Positions 11,085-43,210 of a stretch of DNA of 52,037 nt are shown here, piece by piece. The translations under genes were made by a program, and so were the position numbers. How positions within the stretch are numbered: position 1 is the stretch's first letter; every line of letters begins with the position of its first letter. The notes under the pieces were generated by a model that was not told where the DNA came from, did no database searches, and saw only the letters and a program-made list of their open reading frames with translations. Source of the stretch: Macrostomum lignano (Eukaryota); assembly GCA_002269645.1 (NCBI GenBank), contig NIVC01001583.1, forward strand, positions 1-52,037, written 5' to 3'.

Positions 11085-12330
11085 TCCAGCCCGCTGTTCC
11101 CCCAGTCCAACCCGCTGTTCCCCCAGTCCAACCCACAGTTCCCTCAGTCCAGCCCGCTGTTCCCTCAGTCCAACCCACAGTTCCCTCAGTCCAACCCACA
11201 GTTCCCTCAGTCCAACCCGCTGTTCCCTCAGTCCAACCCACAGTTCCCTCAGTCCAGCCCGCTGTTCCCTCAGTCCAGCCCGCTGTTCCCTCAGTCCAAC
11301 CCACAGTTCCCTCAGTCCAGCCCGCTGTTCCCTCAGTCCAGCCCGCTGTTCCCTCAGTCCAACCCACTGTTCCCTCAGTCCAACCCACAGTTCCCTCAGT
11401 CCAACCCACAGTTCCCTCAGTCCAACCCGCTGTTCCCTCAGTCCAACCCACAGTTCCCTCAGTCCAACCCGTTCCCTCAGTCCAACCCACAGTTCCCTCA
11501 GTCCAACCCACAGTTCCCTCAGTCCAACCCACAGTTCCCTCAGTCCAGCCCGCTGTTCCCTCAGTCCAGCCCGCTGTTCCCTCAGTCCAACCCGCTGTCC
11601 CAGTCCCACCCGCTGTCTTCACAAGGTCAACCCACTGTTTCTCCAAGGTCAACCCACTGTTTCCCCAAGGCCAATCGACTGTTTCCCCAAGGCCAACCCA
11701 CTAGTCTAACCCACTGTTTTCCCAAGGTCGATCCACTGTTTCACCAAGGCTAACCCACTGTTTCCCCAAGGCCAACCCACTAGTCTAACCCACTGTTTTC
11801 CCAAGGTCGATCCACTGTTTCACCAAGGCTAACCCACTGTTTCCCCAAGGCCAACCCACTAGTCTAACCCACTGTTTTCCCAAGGTCGATCCACTGTTTC
11901 ACCAAGGCTAACCCACTGTTTCCCCAAGGCCAACCCACTAGTCTAACCCACTGTTTTCCCAAGGTCGATCCACTGTTTCACCAAGGCTAACCCACTGTTT
12001 CCCCAAGACCAACTCAAAAGCCAACCCACTGTTTACCCAAGCCAACCCACTGTTTACCCAAGGCCAACCCACTGTTTACCCAAGGCCAACCCACTGTTTA
12101 CCCAAGGCCAACCCACTGTTTACCCAAGGCCAACTCAAAAGCCAACCCACTGTTTACCCAAGGCCAACCCACTGTTTACCCAAGGCCAACCCACTGTTTA
12201 CCCAAGGCCAACCCACTGTTTACCCAAGGCCAACCCACTGTTTCCCCAAGACCAACTCAAAAGCCAACCCACTGTTTACCCAAGGCCAACCCACTGTTTT
12301 CCCAAGGCCGACATACTGTGTTATCAAGAC
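11085..12330. repeat. Compound minisatellite: 21-bp unit, then 79-bp higher-order unit x4, then 22-bp unit
   Basis: CCCGCTGTTCCCTCAGTCCAA copies; TAGTCTA marker at 11702, 11781, 11860 and 11939; CCCACTGTTTACCCAAGGCCAA copies. Confidence 0.92.
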
Positions 12331-12860
12331 CAACCCTCGTTTCTCAGTGTCCAACCCACTTTTTTCCTGAGGCCAAACTTGGGGTCATTGCCAACGGCCA
12401 CAAACTGCTGCTCGCATGTTTTTATAAACTCTTCTTTGTTATAGCAAGAACAGTGCTTAAGAGGCCCGAGGCTGTATTGTTAACAAAGCACTGATGTCGC
12501 AACTAAACGAGTCCTACTGATTCTACTGCTAGCAATTTCAATTTCCTTCTCCAACAGCTCCAAGGCAGCCAATGAGTGGCAGCTGGAGACAGCAGGCCGC
12601 ACTCTCACCTGCCCCAGCTCTCCACCTATCTATCCCTTGCATGTACGGCAGATCCAGCTATTACTTGGCCTCACCCTCAACTCTCTGAAGCTTAAAGCTT
12701 GGGTGGAAGCTACGGCCGCGTACGCTCATCAGGCCAAGTGTACAGCCGTAGCTGAAGCAGTACCAGCTCACTTTCCCGGGCAGAGACGGCCAGAGTTGGG
12801 CGCGAGCTACCAGCCTAGCGCACTGTCAGTCAGCCAGGCGCAATCCATGCCATCCGGGAC

Positions 12861-15862
<3,002 letters not shown>

Positions 15863-17806
15863 CTGACCTACAAATCGGTTCCGTGCATAGTCATAGAGTT
15901 TTTGTACTTTTGCTGAATGCTAAGATTTTTGCAGCTCTGGTTGCATTTACTCTACTGAAGTCAGCTGCTTGTGCTGCCAGTCAATGTCCAACTACAAGTC
16001 TTTGTGCAACTAAAAATGATGTTGCGTGTTTACTCAGCAAGTCTGTGCTATCTACGAGCTACTAATGGTGTTTCCTGTCTACTTAGTATAGGAAGTCTTT
16101 GTGCTGGCTACTCGTTTATGTTGTGTGTCTTTTTGGGAAGTTTTTGCACCATTCGAAGTCATGCAAGTTCACGTGATCTCATAAGGTCATGCAAGCTTTC
16201 GCGATCTCGCGCGGAGTCATCCAAGATCACGGAAGGTCGGTGTTGACCTTCTCATAAATCAAGACAGCCCGTGTTGAATTTCTTGAGATTGCTTTCCTTT
16301 GTCACAATTCTGTAATCCCGCATCCCGAGCTGAAGTGCTCAAGCATTTTCCTTGAGATTCCCCGCCTCTCTCCAGTCTCTCCGCCTCCATAATCAATTTT
16401 CAGTTGCCAGCCTTCGCTTTTAATCCGGCTCAGCCGAGACGCGAAGGATAATCCAGGTAAAACAAAAATGTAGCTTTCTAGGAATTCTCGCCCGGTCCAA
16501 AACCGGCGCTTTTTTGCGCTGCAGCCACAGCATCCAAAGCTTAAAAGCCCCCCTCTTCCTGTTTGACTTCGGTTTCAAGCTTGCCAAGGAAACCCAAACG
16601 GAATATGAGCGATCGAATGCCTGCAATTTCACCACTTGCTTTGGATACTGAACTAGCTCAATTCTGCTCCTTCATCTATTCATGCTAAAAGACTAAAGCT
16701 AATAGTTGATTTTGACTCCCTCCCGTACACTTAGAATGCTCCCTAAATAAGAGAGTTTTTATCTGTTTGGAATTAATAATTTACCGGAACCAAGTACAAC
16801 ACGATATCCATTCGTGACATATTGTAAATTTTGGGTAGCAAAACCTTGAACTATTTGTGGTCTTTCTGTGTTCCAAAACAGAAACTGCTTCAACTGACCT
16901 TCGCCTTGTGCTCACTCTGTCGGGGCGGAGAGCAATGCAAGTCAGCAGCATTTGAGACCGCCGAGTTGTTCAACGAATCCTTCGAGAAGACCGGATTTTA
17001 TGCAAAAAAATCTAGGATTTTTCACATTTAGTCTTTACTGAATAACGGGTCCTCTCTTGAGTCCGCATGCGTGCGAATTTTGCTTCCAAAGCACCGGGGA
17101 TTTACTTGCAGGGCTCTGCATGGAAAGAAATCTCGCCAAGACCAATGAGGTCCAACCTATACGATACCAGGAGTGCTCAGGAGTGCTCAGGAGTGCTCAG
17201 GACTGCTTGCCCCGACGCTGGCTGAGGGTCGGCTGTCGCTCCGAAATGCGGCAGAGACCAGAGCCGCATGCGAGCTGACTGTCGGGAAGATTTCAATCAA
17301 AGTGAAGCAGCACTTCTACGTAACAACATCGAGCAACCCAAAGGAGAGCCTTTGAGTAATTTATTGAGGCTGCGTGAGCAGAGAAATCAGGAAATTGCGT
17401 CTCGTATTCGAATTTTCTTTCCGCAGCGGTGTAGCCAAGCAAAGGCCGACTTCTTCCGACTTTGCCGGAAATTCGAATTCAAAGCTCCTCAACCTGCGAG
17501 CAAATCAAAATGATACTGCTTTGATACATCTTCTCTCTCCCCCCCGTTTCTTTAACTTTCCATTGCTACTGTGCTGCCGGCAAGGATAATTATCCTCAGA
17601 TTATAATCTTCAGAGTAGCTCTGACGAAAGTAACATTCAAGGACAAATATTTCTTTTTAATTAAAATTCTAGCCCACAGAAAAATAATTCAGTAAAACAC
17701 CGTGCAGACTGACGGCTGTACTTTTCAACTTTTGACATTTTCGCCTATTGAATATATAAACTATTAGGGCTTCAGCAGCGTCTGTTTGGGCAGCAAAACA
17801 CGGCGG

Positions 17807-18250
17807 GATTGATATTGATGGATTGATATTGATGGATTGATATTGATGGATTGATATTGATGGATTGATATTGATGGATTGATATTGATGGATTGATATT
17901 GATGGATTGATATTGATGGATTGATATTGATGGATTGATATTGATGGATTGATATTGATGGATTGATATTGATGGATTGATATTGATGGATTGATATTGA
18001 TGGATTGATATTGATGGATTGATATTGATGGATTGATATTGATGGATTGATATTGATGGATTGATATTGATGGATTGATATTGATGGATTGATATTGATG
18101 GATTGATATTGATGGATTGATATTGATGGATTGATATTGATGGATTGATATTGATGGATTGATATTGATGGATTGATATTGATGGATTGATATTGATGGA
18201 TTGATATTGATGGATTGATATTGATGGATTGATATTGATGGATTGATATT
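17807..18250. repeat. Perfect 14-bp array (GATTGATATTGATG)n, 444 bp
   Basis: 31 units plus 10 nt, no variant seen. Confidence 0.97.
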
Positions 18251-18716
18251 GCCTGCCAGCTGGAGTCGCCAACGGCGGCGCGAAAGCCGTTGAAGGCGTC
18301 AAAACTTTCTATTCGAAGGAGTTCCAGCTGAATCTCAAGAAGGATGGAGCAGAGAGCCTAGAGAACAAAACGAGTCCATATGGACTATTTAGTGTTTTGG
18401 GTAAGCTGAAGCGCGGACGCACAGCGCTGCATCACGTCCGCGTATAAAGCTTGAAGCCTTCTTCTCCTGGTGGGTGGGGTAGAAAATCGGATTCAAAAAG
18501 TTTTACAGTTTCAGAATTAACCATGCAGTGTTTCCCTGGCAATCAACACTAGAACCAGAAGAAGATATTAGCGGCTTAGATAATGAGTGAGATTGAGTTT
18601 GTGCAACAATTGGGACACCGTGATCCTGGTGAAGATGTTAATCAGTGGACTGGTCTGAGCGTAAGACAGCGCCGTCCTTGCATGTTACTTTAGTCAGAGC
18701 CACTCAGAAGATTATC

Positions 18717-18899
18717 CGTGCAGGCAGTTTTCGCTGCAGGCAGTTGTCGCTGCAGGCAGTTGTCGCTGCAGGCAGTTGTCGCTGCAGGCAATTGTCGCTG
18801 CAGGCAGTTGTCGCTGCAGGCAGTTGTCGCTGCAGGCAGTTGTCGCTGCAGGCAGTTGTCGCTGCAGGCAATTGTCGCTGCAGGCAGTTTTCGCTGCAG
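18717..18899. repeat. 16-bp minisatellite (GCAGGCAGTTGTCGCT)
   Basis: Tandem copies. Confidence 0.93.
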
Positions 18900-20040
18900 G
18901 CGAGGCTATGGAAAAAAGTGATCCTAGTTTACCCATGCTTCAATCAGTCGTGAGCAGATTCGCTTTGACCTTAGACAGTGATGTCAGTGAATGGCAAACA
19001 AATGTAGAGCGTTTTAATCGCGTTGAATCACCAAAATCACCATATTTTACACTGCAAATCCTTTTTGAACTTCATGAAGCCAAGTCTCCAAACCAATGGA
19101 CCCAAATTCTCAAATTGTTTGCTCTATAGACCCACATTTTGAGCCATAGCCAATGAAAAGCCATTCTTCAACTGCTTTATTCTCCCACACCAAGGAAGAA
19201 TGCCTGCTCTAAGGCTCAATTGGCTTGGAAAATGCTTATGTTATGCTTGAAGCACACTGAAAACTATATATTTTCAAGAATAGGCCGTGAATTTCTCAAG
19301 ATTCTACTGTGCAAAATACACACAGTAGCCTGTTAAGCGCATACTCAGCGAAATTAGTCGGGCGGATAAAAGTCCACTGCCGCTGCTGCCGTGGCAAGGA
19401 GAATGGGGGCAGGGGTGGCGGCTGGAACCGGTTCCGAGCCGGTCCGGGGGGGGGGCTGAGTACGCTATCGAAGGCCCGCGCGCAGAGAGGGAGGGGGTGG
19501 TCGGCCAAAGCCAGTCGTGGCCGGTCCGGGGCCGCCCCCACCCCCAAAAATCTTATTTAGGAAGGCGGCGCCCCACCCCCCTCGCGCCCGGGACTGAGGC
19601 AGGGAGAGAGCGAGAGGGCGTACAAGCGAGGCCAGCACGACACGAGGCATTAGAGAACGCTGGCCAACCAAAATTCCCTGCATAGTGTAAGTTGCACGCA
19701 GTGCATCCTGTTGTTACCGATTCAATCTGATCACATTTTTTATTATTAATTCAACTTTTGATCAAATTTATGCATGACTAAGGCACCTTTATATTATGAC
19801 CCGTAATTTAATATTAAATATTTATACGTTTTATTATGAAGCGATAATTAATAATTAATCAGCATAAAAATTTTTCACTTTTCTTTTATAATGCTTTAAT
19901 AATGACTCCAAAGCCTTGTTGCACTTGAAAACAGACTTTAAACAGCATCACGAGCAACTCGCATCCCCTGCCGCCTGCATCGCTGACTCCCAAAGACGCC
20001 AAAATAATCCCCAAGCACCGCCGCTCCGCAGCCGCTGACC

Positions 20041-21438
20041 ATGGCGCTGCTCCCAGACCTCCGCTCCGGCCCGCTGCTGGACGGCGAGGAATTTCAAATT
20101 GACAGCGACAGCGAGAACGGCGACGCCGACGTCCCGACGCCCTGCGCGACGCCCACCGGGGAGGAGGGCGAGGCGGCAGCTGAGCCTCGCCGAGGCCTCC
20201 TGGGCCGCATCGCCTTCCTGGAGGCGGAGGCCGAGAAGCTCATTGAGCACAGCCGCGGCTGCCGCGGCCACGCTGATGAGATGCAGTCCCTGCTAGCCCG
20301 GCTGCACGACCAGAAGGCCGCCCTGCAGCGCCTGCTGGGAGCTGGCGACGCTGGTCCCGAGCTCGATTCCTGGGAGGAACCCTGCGACCTGACCGAGCAC
20401 ACGGCTCGGGCCTACCTGCAGTGGCTGCGCCGCCTGCTGCACGACCTGTCGCAGGCGGTGGACCAGGCGGCCAGCGGGGCCGTCCTCGCCTCCACCAGTG
20501 CCGCAGGCGCCACCGCGCCCCGCCTGAGCGGCCGGCGTCGGCGAGACGCGCCCAGCCGGATCTTCCCGAACCTCGAGGCGCTGGACATCGCCGCTGTTGA
20601 CAATGGATCCGGCGACGTCTTTCATCAGCCTGGCGAGGCCGGCGACTTGCGCGACTCGCCGGGCGAGGGCGGCACCGGCTGGGAGCCGCTGCCCCGCCAG
20701 GCGCTCTACTGTGTGGTTGGCGACGCCCGCCGCGTCACCGTCGTGGGCCTCGGTGGGCAGCTGCTAGCGCGGACGCGGCTGCGCGGCGGCGGCTGCGACG
20801 AGCAGAAGGCGGAGGCGGGCAGCAACTTGGAGCGGATCAACTATCTGCGCTGCTCCGGCCGGCTGCTCCTGTCGGACAACCAGAGCCTGTACATCTGCGA
20901 CCGCTGCTGCCGCGTGCTCCGCTGCCTGCACGGCTTCAGCTGGGTTGTTGGGCACTGCGTTGACGAGCCGGCCGACCGGCTGTACATCGTGGACCGCGTC
21001 AACGAGTTCTTGTCCGTGTACGGCCTGGCCAGACTTGGGGAGCTCGACCGCCTCGCTCACCGCGACTTCACCGACGGCATCAGCTCGGTGACGGCCCTGG
21101 CCCGCACTCTGTTCGTTGCCGATCGCGGCGCCAACGCCATCTTCGCCTTCGAGACCGAGTCGCTGCAGCTGGCCTTCCGGGTGCCGCTGCGAAGCCCGCT
21201 GTTCATCACTTCAGACTGGCGCGGCGGCTGCCTCTACGTCACCGTGGGCGGCCGGGACAACACCGTGCGGATGCTGGACGGCCAGGGCCAGCTGCGCCGC
21301 TCCCTGTCCGGCGGCCGCGGCTCGCAGCCCGGACAGTTCGGCTCGCCTGGTGGCCTCACCGTCTCTCTGGACGGCACGGAGCTGTTCGTGTGCGACCTGG
21401 ACAACCGGAGGGTGCAGGTGTTCGGGCTGGGGGGCTGA
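20041..21438 (+). CDS. Coiled-coil + NHL/beta-propeller protein (TRIM-NHL-like, no RING or B-box), 465 aa, single exon
   Basis: Long GC-rich ORF with NHL-type blades such as GRGSQPGQFGSPGGLTVSLDGTELFVCDLDNRRVQVFG and LFVADRGANAIFAF, preceded by an N-terminal helical segment. Confidence 0.85.
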   Translation: MALLPDLRSGPLLDGEEFQIDSDSENGDADVPTPCATPTGEEGEAAAEPRRGLLGRIAFLEAEAEKLIEHSRGCRGHADEMQSLLARLHDQKAALQRLLGAGDAGPELDSWEEPCDLTEHTARAYLQWLRRLLHDLSQAVDQAASGAVLASTSAAGATAPRLSGRRRRDAPSRIFPNLEALDIAAVDNGSGDVFHQPGEAGDLRDSPGEGGTGWEPLPRQALYCVVGDARRVTVVGLGGQLLARTRLRGGGCDEQKAEAGSNLERINYLRCSGRLLLSDNQSLYICDRCCRVLRCLHGFSWVVGHCVDEPADRLYIVDRVNEFLSVYGLARLGELDRLAHRDFTDGISSVTALARTLFVADRGANAIFAFETESLQLAFRVPLRSPLFITSDWRGGCLYVTVGGRDNTVRMLDGQGQLRRSLSGGRGSQPGQFGSPGGLTVSLDGTELFVCDLDNRRVQVFGLGG

Positions 21439-21518
21439 GGTGATCGCGTGCGACCTGAGGCTGGGTCTGCGTGCGACTGGCTTGTGGGACTGGGAATTCG
21501 TTCAGTTCCTGTAGATTG

Positions 21519-22055
21519 TCTAGATTAGCAATCCATTCTATTCCTGCACCCATGATAGGCTAGATTAGCAATCCATTCTATTCCTGCACCCATGATAGGC
21601 TAGATTAGCAATCCATTCTATTCCTGCACCCATGATAGGCTAGATTAGCAATCCATTCTATTCCTGCATCCATGATAGGCTAGATTAGCGATCCATTCTA
21701 TTCCTGCACCCATGATAGGCTAGATTAGCAATCCATGCTATTCCTGCATCCATGATAGGCTAGATTAGCAATCCATTCTATTCCTGCACCCATGATAGGC
21801 TAGATTAGCAATCCATTCTATTCCTGCACCCATGATAGGCTAGATTAGCAATCCATGCTATTCCTGCATCCATGATAGGCTAGATTAGCAATCCATTCTA
21901 TTCCTGCACCCATGATAGGCTAGATTAGCAATCCATTCTATTCCTGCATCCATGATAGGCTAGATTAGCAATCCATTCTATTCCTGCATCCATGATAGGC
22001 TAGATTAGCAATCCATTCTATTCCTGCACCCATGATAGGCTAGATTAGCAATCCA
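21519..22055. repeat. 40-bp minisatellite (GATAGGCTAGATTAGCAATCCATTCTATTCCTGCACCCAT), array 1
   Basis: Tandem copies; same unit as 39880-40830. Confidence 0.95.
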
Positions 22056-22424
22056 CCAATCCCAGTCGCACGCAGGCTCTGCTTGAATGATGGAATACGA
22101 GTAATTGCGCGTTGCAGGGCAGTTCCCAAGTCCCAAGCCTCCGCAGTCCGATCCCTTCTCAATCAAAATCGAGCGCATTTGTTTAATCTGCGGCAGTGCA
22201 GAGCGTAGCTGCATTCACATTCGCAAAAGCGCCATTGTGCAACCCAGGGTCGCACGGAGCAACTCCAACTATGAACCCCATTTTATGCTTTTCATGCGCG
22301 AGTATTGTGTTGCTAGGGCGGTTGGCTTAATGACATCGGTTATATAACAGATTTAAGGTCATAGAGGTCCTTCAGGCTGAGTTAGGGTCATAGGCGGGCT
22401 AAGAGTGTTGGGTTTTGCATTTTT

Positions 22425-22690
22425 TAGGGTCATTGGCATTGATTCTGTCAGATTTAGGGTCATTGACATTGATTCTGTCAGATTTAAGGCCATTGACATT
22501 GGTTCTGTCAGATTTAGGGTCATTGACATTGGTTCTGTCAGATTTAGGGTCATTGACATTGATTCTGTCAGATTTAGGGTCATTGACATTGACACTGGTT
22601 CTGTCAGATTTAGGGTCATTGACATTGACACTGGCTCTGTCAGATTTAGGGTCATTGACATTGGTTCTGTCAGAATTAGTTTCTTTGACA
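22425..22690. repeat. 30/36-bp minisatellite containing TTAGGG
   Basis: TAGGGTCATTGACATTGATTCTGTCAGATT copies. Confidence 0.9.
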
Positions 22691-23011
22691 CTGGATTAAG
22701 GCGTTAGTGTACTTTTTCATCTTTGCCACCGATTTAGTCAGATTTTGATTGCACTCATTTGCTTCTGTAGTTGAATATCTGTAGTATTAAATTGCTGTAC
22801 ATGTAATTACTTTTCCTGCCTGTGCTTTACTAATAACTATGCTAGAAGATCATTATGTACAGTTAATGCACCGCTGTCAGTTGGTCAGCTCTGCAAGCTA
22901 CTGCTGCTAGTTAGCTAATACCTGGCTGAATTCACTCCAGCCTGGAACTGGAGCTGGCAAAATGTTTATTGTTTTCCTATTTTCCAACCTCTGTGATCTT
23001 TTGGTCATACT

Positions 23012-24160
23012 TTAGGCAGATTCCGTGGCCATAGACACCAGTTTAGGCAGATTCTGTGGCCATAGACACCAGTTTAGGCAGATTCTGTGGCCATAGACAC
23101 CAGTTTAGGCAGATTCCGTGGCCATAGACACCAGTTTAGGCAGATTCCGTGTCCATAGACACCAGTTTAGGCAGATTCTGTGGCCATAGACACCAGTTTA
23201 GGCAGATTCTGTGGCCATAGACACCAGTTTAGGCAGATTCCGTGGCCATAGACACCAGTTTAGGCAGATCCTGTGGCCATAGACACCAGTTTAGGCAGAT
23301 CCTGTGGCCATAGACACCAGTCTAGGCAGATTCCGTGGCCATAGACACCAGTTTAGGCAGATCCTGTGGCCATAGACACCAGTTTAGGCAGATTCTGTGG
23401 CCATAGACACCAGTTTAGGCAGATTCTGTGGCCATAGACACCAGTTTAGGCAGATTCCGTGGCCATAGACACCAGTTTAGGCAGATTCTGTGGCCATAGA
23501 CACCAGTTTATGCAGATCCTGTGGCCATAGACACCAGTTTAGGCAGATTCTGTGGCCATAGACACTGCAGTTTAGGCAGATTCCGTGGCCATAGACACCA
23601 GTTTAGGCAGATTCTGTGGCCATAGACACCAGTTTAGGCAGATTCCGTGGCCATAGACACCAGTTTAGGCAGATTCCGTGGCCATAGACACCAGTTTAGG
23701 CAGATTCCGTGGCCATAGACACCAGTTTAGGCAGATCCTGTGGCCATAGACACCAGTTTAGGCAGATTCTGTGGCCATAGACACCAGTTTATGCAGATCC
23801 TGTGGCCATAGACACCAGTTTAGGCAGATTCTGTGGCCATAGACACTGCAGTTTAGGCAGATTCCGTGGCCATAGACACCAGTTTAGGCAGATTCTGTGG
23901 CCATAGACACCAGTTTAGGCAGATTCTGTGGCCATAGACACCAGTTTAGGCAGATTCCGTGGCCATAGACACCAGTTTAGGCAGATTCCGTGGCCATAGA
24001 CACCAGTCTAGGCAGATTCCGTGGCCATAGACACCAGTTTAGGCAGATTCCGTGGCCATAGACACTGCAGTTTAGGCAGATTCTGTGGCCATAGACACCA
24101 GTTTAGGCAGAATCCGTGGCCATAGACACTGAAGTTTAGGCAGATTCTGTGGCCAAGGAC
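23012..24160. repeat. 31-bp minisatellite (TTTAGGCAGATTCCGTGGCCATAGACACCAG)
   Basis: Tandem copies with occasional 33-bp variants. Confidence 0.95.
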
Positions 24161-24959
24161 AGGTTTTGTTTTGTCCTGACTTTAGCCAGGAAGTTCACCA
24201 AGTACTTAATGCGTTCGATAACAATGTCGATACAGTGAATTAAAACAAATTTTCGAGTACGCAAAATACGCTAAGTGGTTGCTTATTGCGCCCAGAGCCT
24301 CAGTGAGATTGCATTGTGTTTTAAGCCGCTTTTTCGTGCTCCCCGGTTGCCCCAGAGGGCGGCTCGCTCCTGATTTATTACTGTCTGCAAGTCGCTCTTA
24401 TCAAAGCAGAGAGCCGGCCAGCTCAGGCTCATCGAGTGGACTTTCCGATTTCTTTGCCGGCTGAGATTTCCAGAAATTTCTAACTGGCACCCGCCTGTCC
24501 TCATTTAGTGAAGTTGCAATGCAAATACCGACTGAATGTTTTAAACACGCTACTGACACTGCTTATAGCGCGAGTAGGAAATCGCGAACATTTGTTGATA
24601 TTTCTTATCAGAAATTAATATTCTGACATTAGAAATAGGAGTAAAAATAGAATTCAGGGTAGGATAATAACAGTATTTATAACTTAGACGATAGCAGGGG
24701 CAAAGAGCTGAAGGCATTATAAGAACTGCATGTGTTGGCAGGAAACGCTGGTGCAGTCATGTAGGCGCATGTACATGTAATTCTCTATAATCCTTTAACT
24801 AGTTGGTGCATGCTGGTCTCGGAGATCGGCAGGATTACCGTTCCCTGTACAAGCTGTGCGGAACGAATTCTGGTGCGCGCAGATCCGTGACAGTTCAGGC
24901 TAGCAACCCAGACAGCTGTTTTAGCGATTTTCGTGCCTGAAACCCGTGAGCATGGTGCA

Positions 24960-25275
24960 TTGTACAGTTGTACGTGCACACAGCAGCTTTTCCATCGACA
25001 GTTGTACATGCACATGTACATGCACACAGCAACCCCTTCATGGACAGTTGTACATGCACAAAGCAACCCATTCATGGACAGTTGTACATGCACACAGCAA
25101 TCCATTCATGGACAGTTGTACATGTACATGCACACAGCAACCCATTCATGGACAGTTGTACATGTACATGCATACAGCAACCCCTTCATGGACCGTTGTA
25201 CATGCACATAGCAACCCCTTCCTGGACAGTTGTACATGCACACAGCAACCCATTCATGGACAGTTGTACATGCAC
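24960..25275. repeat. ~32-bp minisatellite (CACAGCAACCCATTCATGGACAGTTGTACATG) with 6-bp length variants
   Basis: Tandem copies downstream of the copine stop codon. Confidence 0.9.
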
Positions 25276-25442
25276 ATGTGCCTCTCGGATCCATGGGCAG
25301 CTTACCATCAAGAACCCTCAAGGACCCCAAGGAGTTCAGCGGCAAAGGATCGAAGTGAATCAAAAAAGCAACAAGAGGGAAAAGTGACCAATGCCGCATA
25401 TTCAGTAAAACAGTTTTCAAACGAGGCTCCTCCAGCGACGGC

Positions 25443-42601
<17,159 letters not shown>

Positions 42602-43008
42602 TCAGTTCAGTGCTCAGCTTTTTGACTGCAAGCTGGGCGCCCCCCAGAGCTCTGTCCCCATTGGTTGGCCTCATTCCCCAGCTTCCGGGAGCGTACAGAT
42701 ATCCCTCACTTGGATCTTTTTACAGCGCTTGCATTGACTCTCCTGCTTAAATAGGCAGGAATCGCCCCGGGGGATCAGTCAGCAGGATAGGCCAAGTTTC
42801 AAGCTATTTTCATGACATTTACAGCGTCCTCTCTTGTCTTTGAATTTTGAATTGTAGAAAGACTGTAATAGCTCGTACCATATACGAGTTAAATTTTCAA
42901 TTCCTGGAATTGAATCGACGTTTTCATGTTACGCGTAATCAAAGTGGGAATGCGAGTAACTACATTTATGCTGCTTAAAGGGAAAAAGCAGCAGAGAAGC
43001 GGAGACGA

Positions 43009-43210
43009 GTCCCAGCCAATCAGTGAACCGCTGGGGCAGAAAGACACTAAACGGAGAGAAGACCTTAAATTGAAAGAGGGAGAGAACTGGGGTCGGGTCC
43101 CAGCCAATCAGGAGCCTTCTGGGACAGAAAGGCACTAAAGGGAGAGAGAGGGAGATGACCAGAGCCGGGTCCCAGCCAATCAGGGGCCTTCTGGGACAGA
43201 AAGGCACTAA
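43009..43210. promoter_or_regulatory. Three spaced GTCCCAGCCAATCAG (CCAAT-box) units upstream of the copine
   Basis: Motif at about 43009, 43098 and 43168 within 70-90-bp degenerate repeats, ~0.7-0.9 kb 5' of the first modelled copine exon; function not demonstrated. Confidence 0.3.

Larger units (their letters stand above)
17768..19129 (+). other. Possible uncharacterised or decayed multi-exon coding locus (strand uncertain)
   Basis: Open stretches 17768-17806 plus 18251-18400 (ends G|GTAAGC), 18529-18586 (phase-compatible) and 18900-19129. The phases cannot all be chained and I recognise no domain. Confidence 0.3.

Noticed and set aside
16420-16635. FDRSYSVWVSLASLKP resembling a Tudor/PWWP strand
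   Set aside because: Too short, competing frames look equally plausible, and there are no supporting exons
22380-22690. Telomere or chromosome-fusion scar
   Set aside because: TTAGGG occurs only singly within a longer unit, not as a (TTAGGG)n tract
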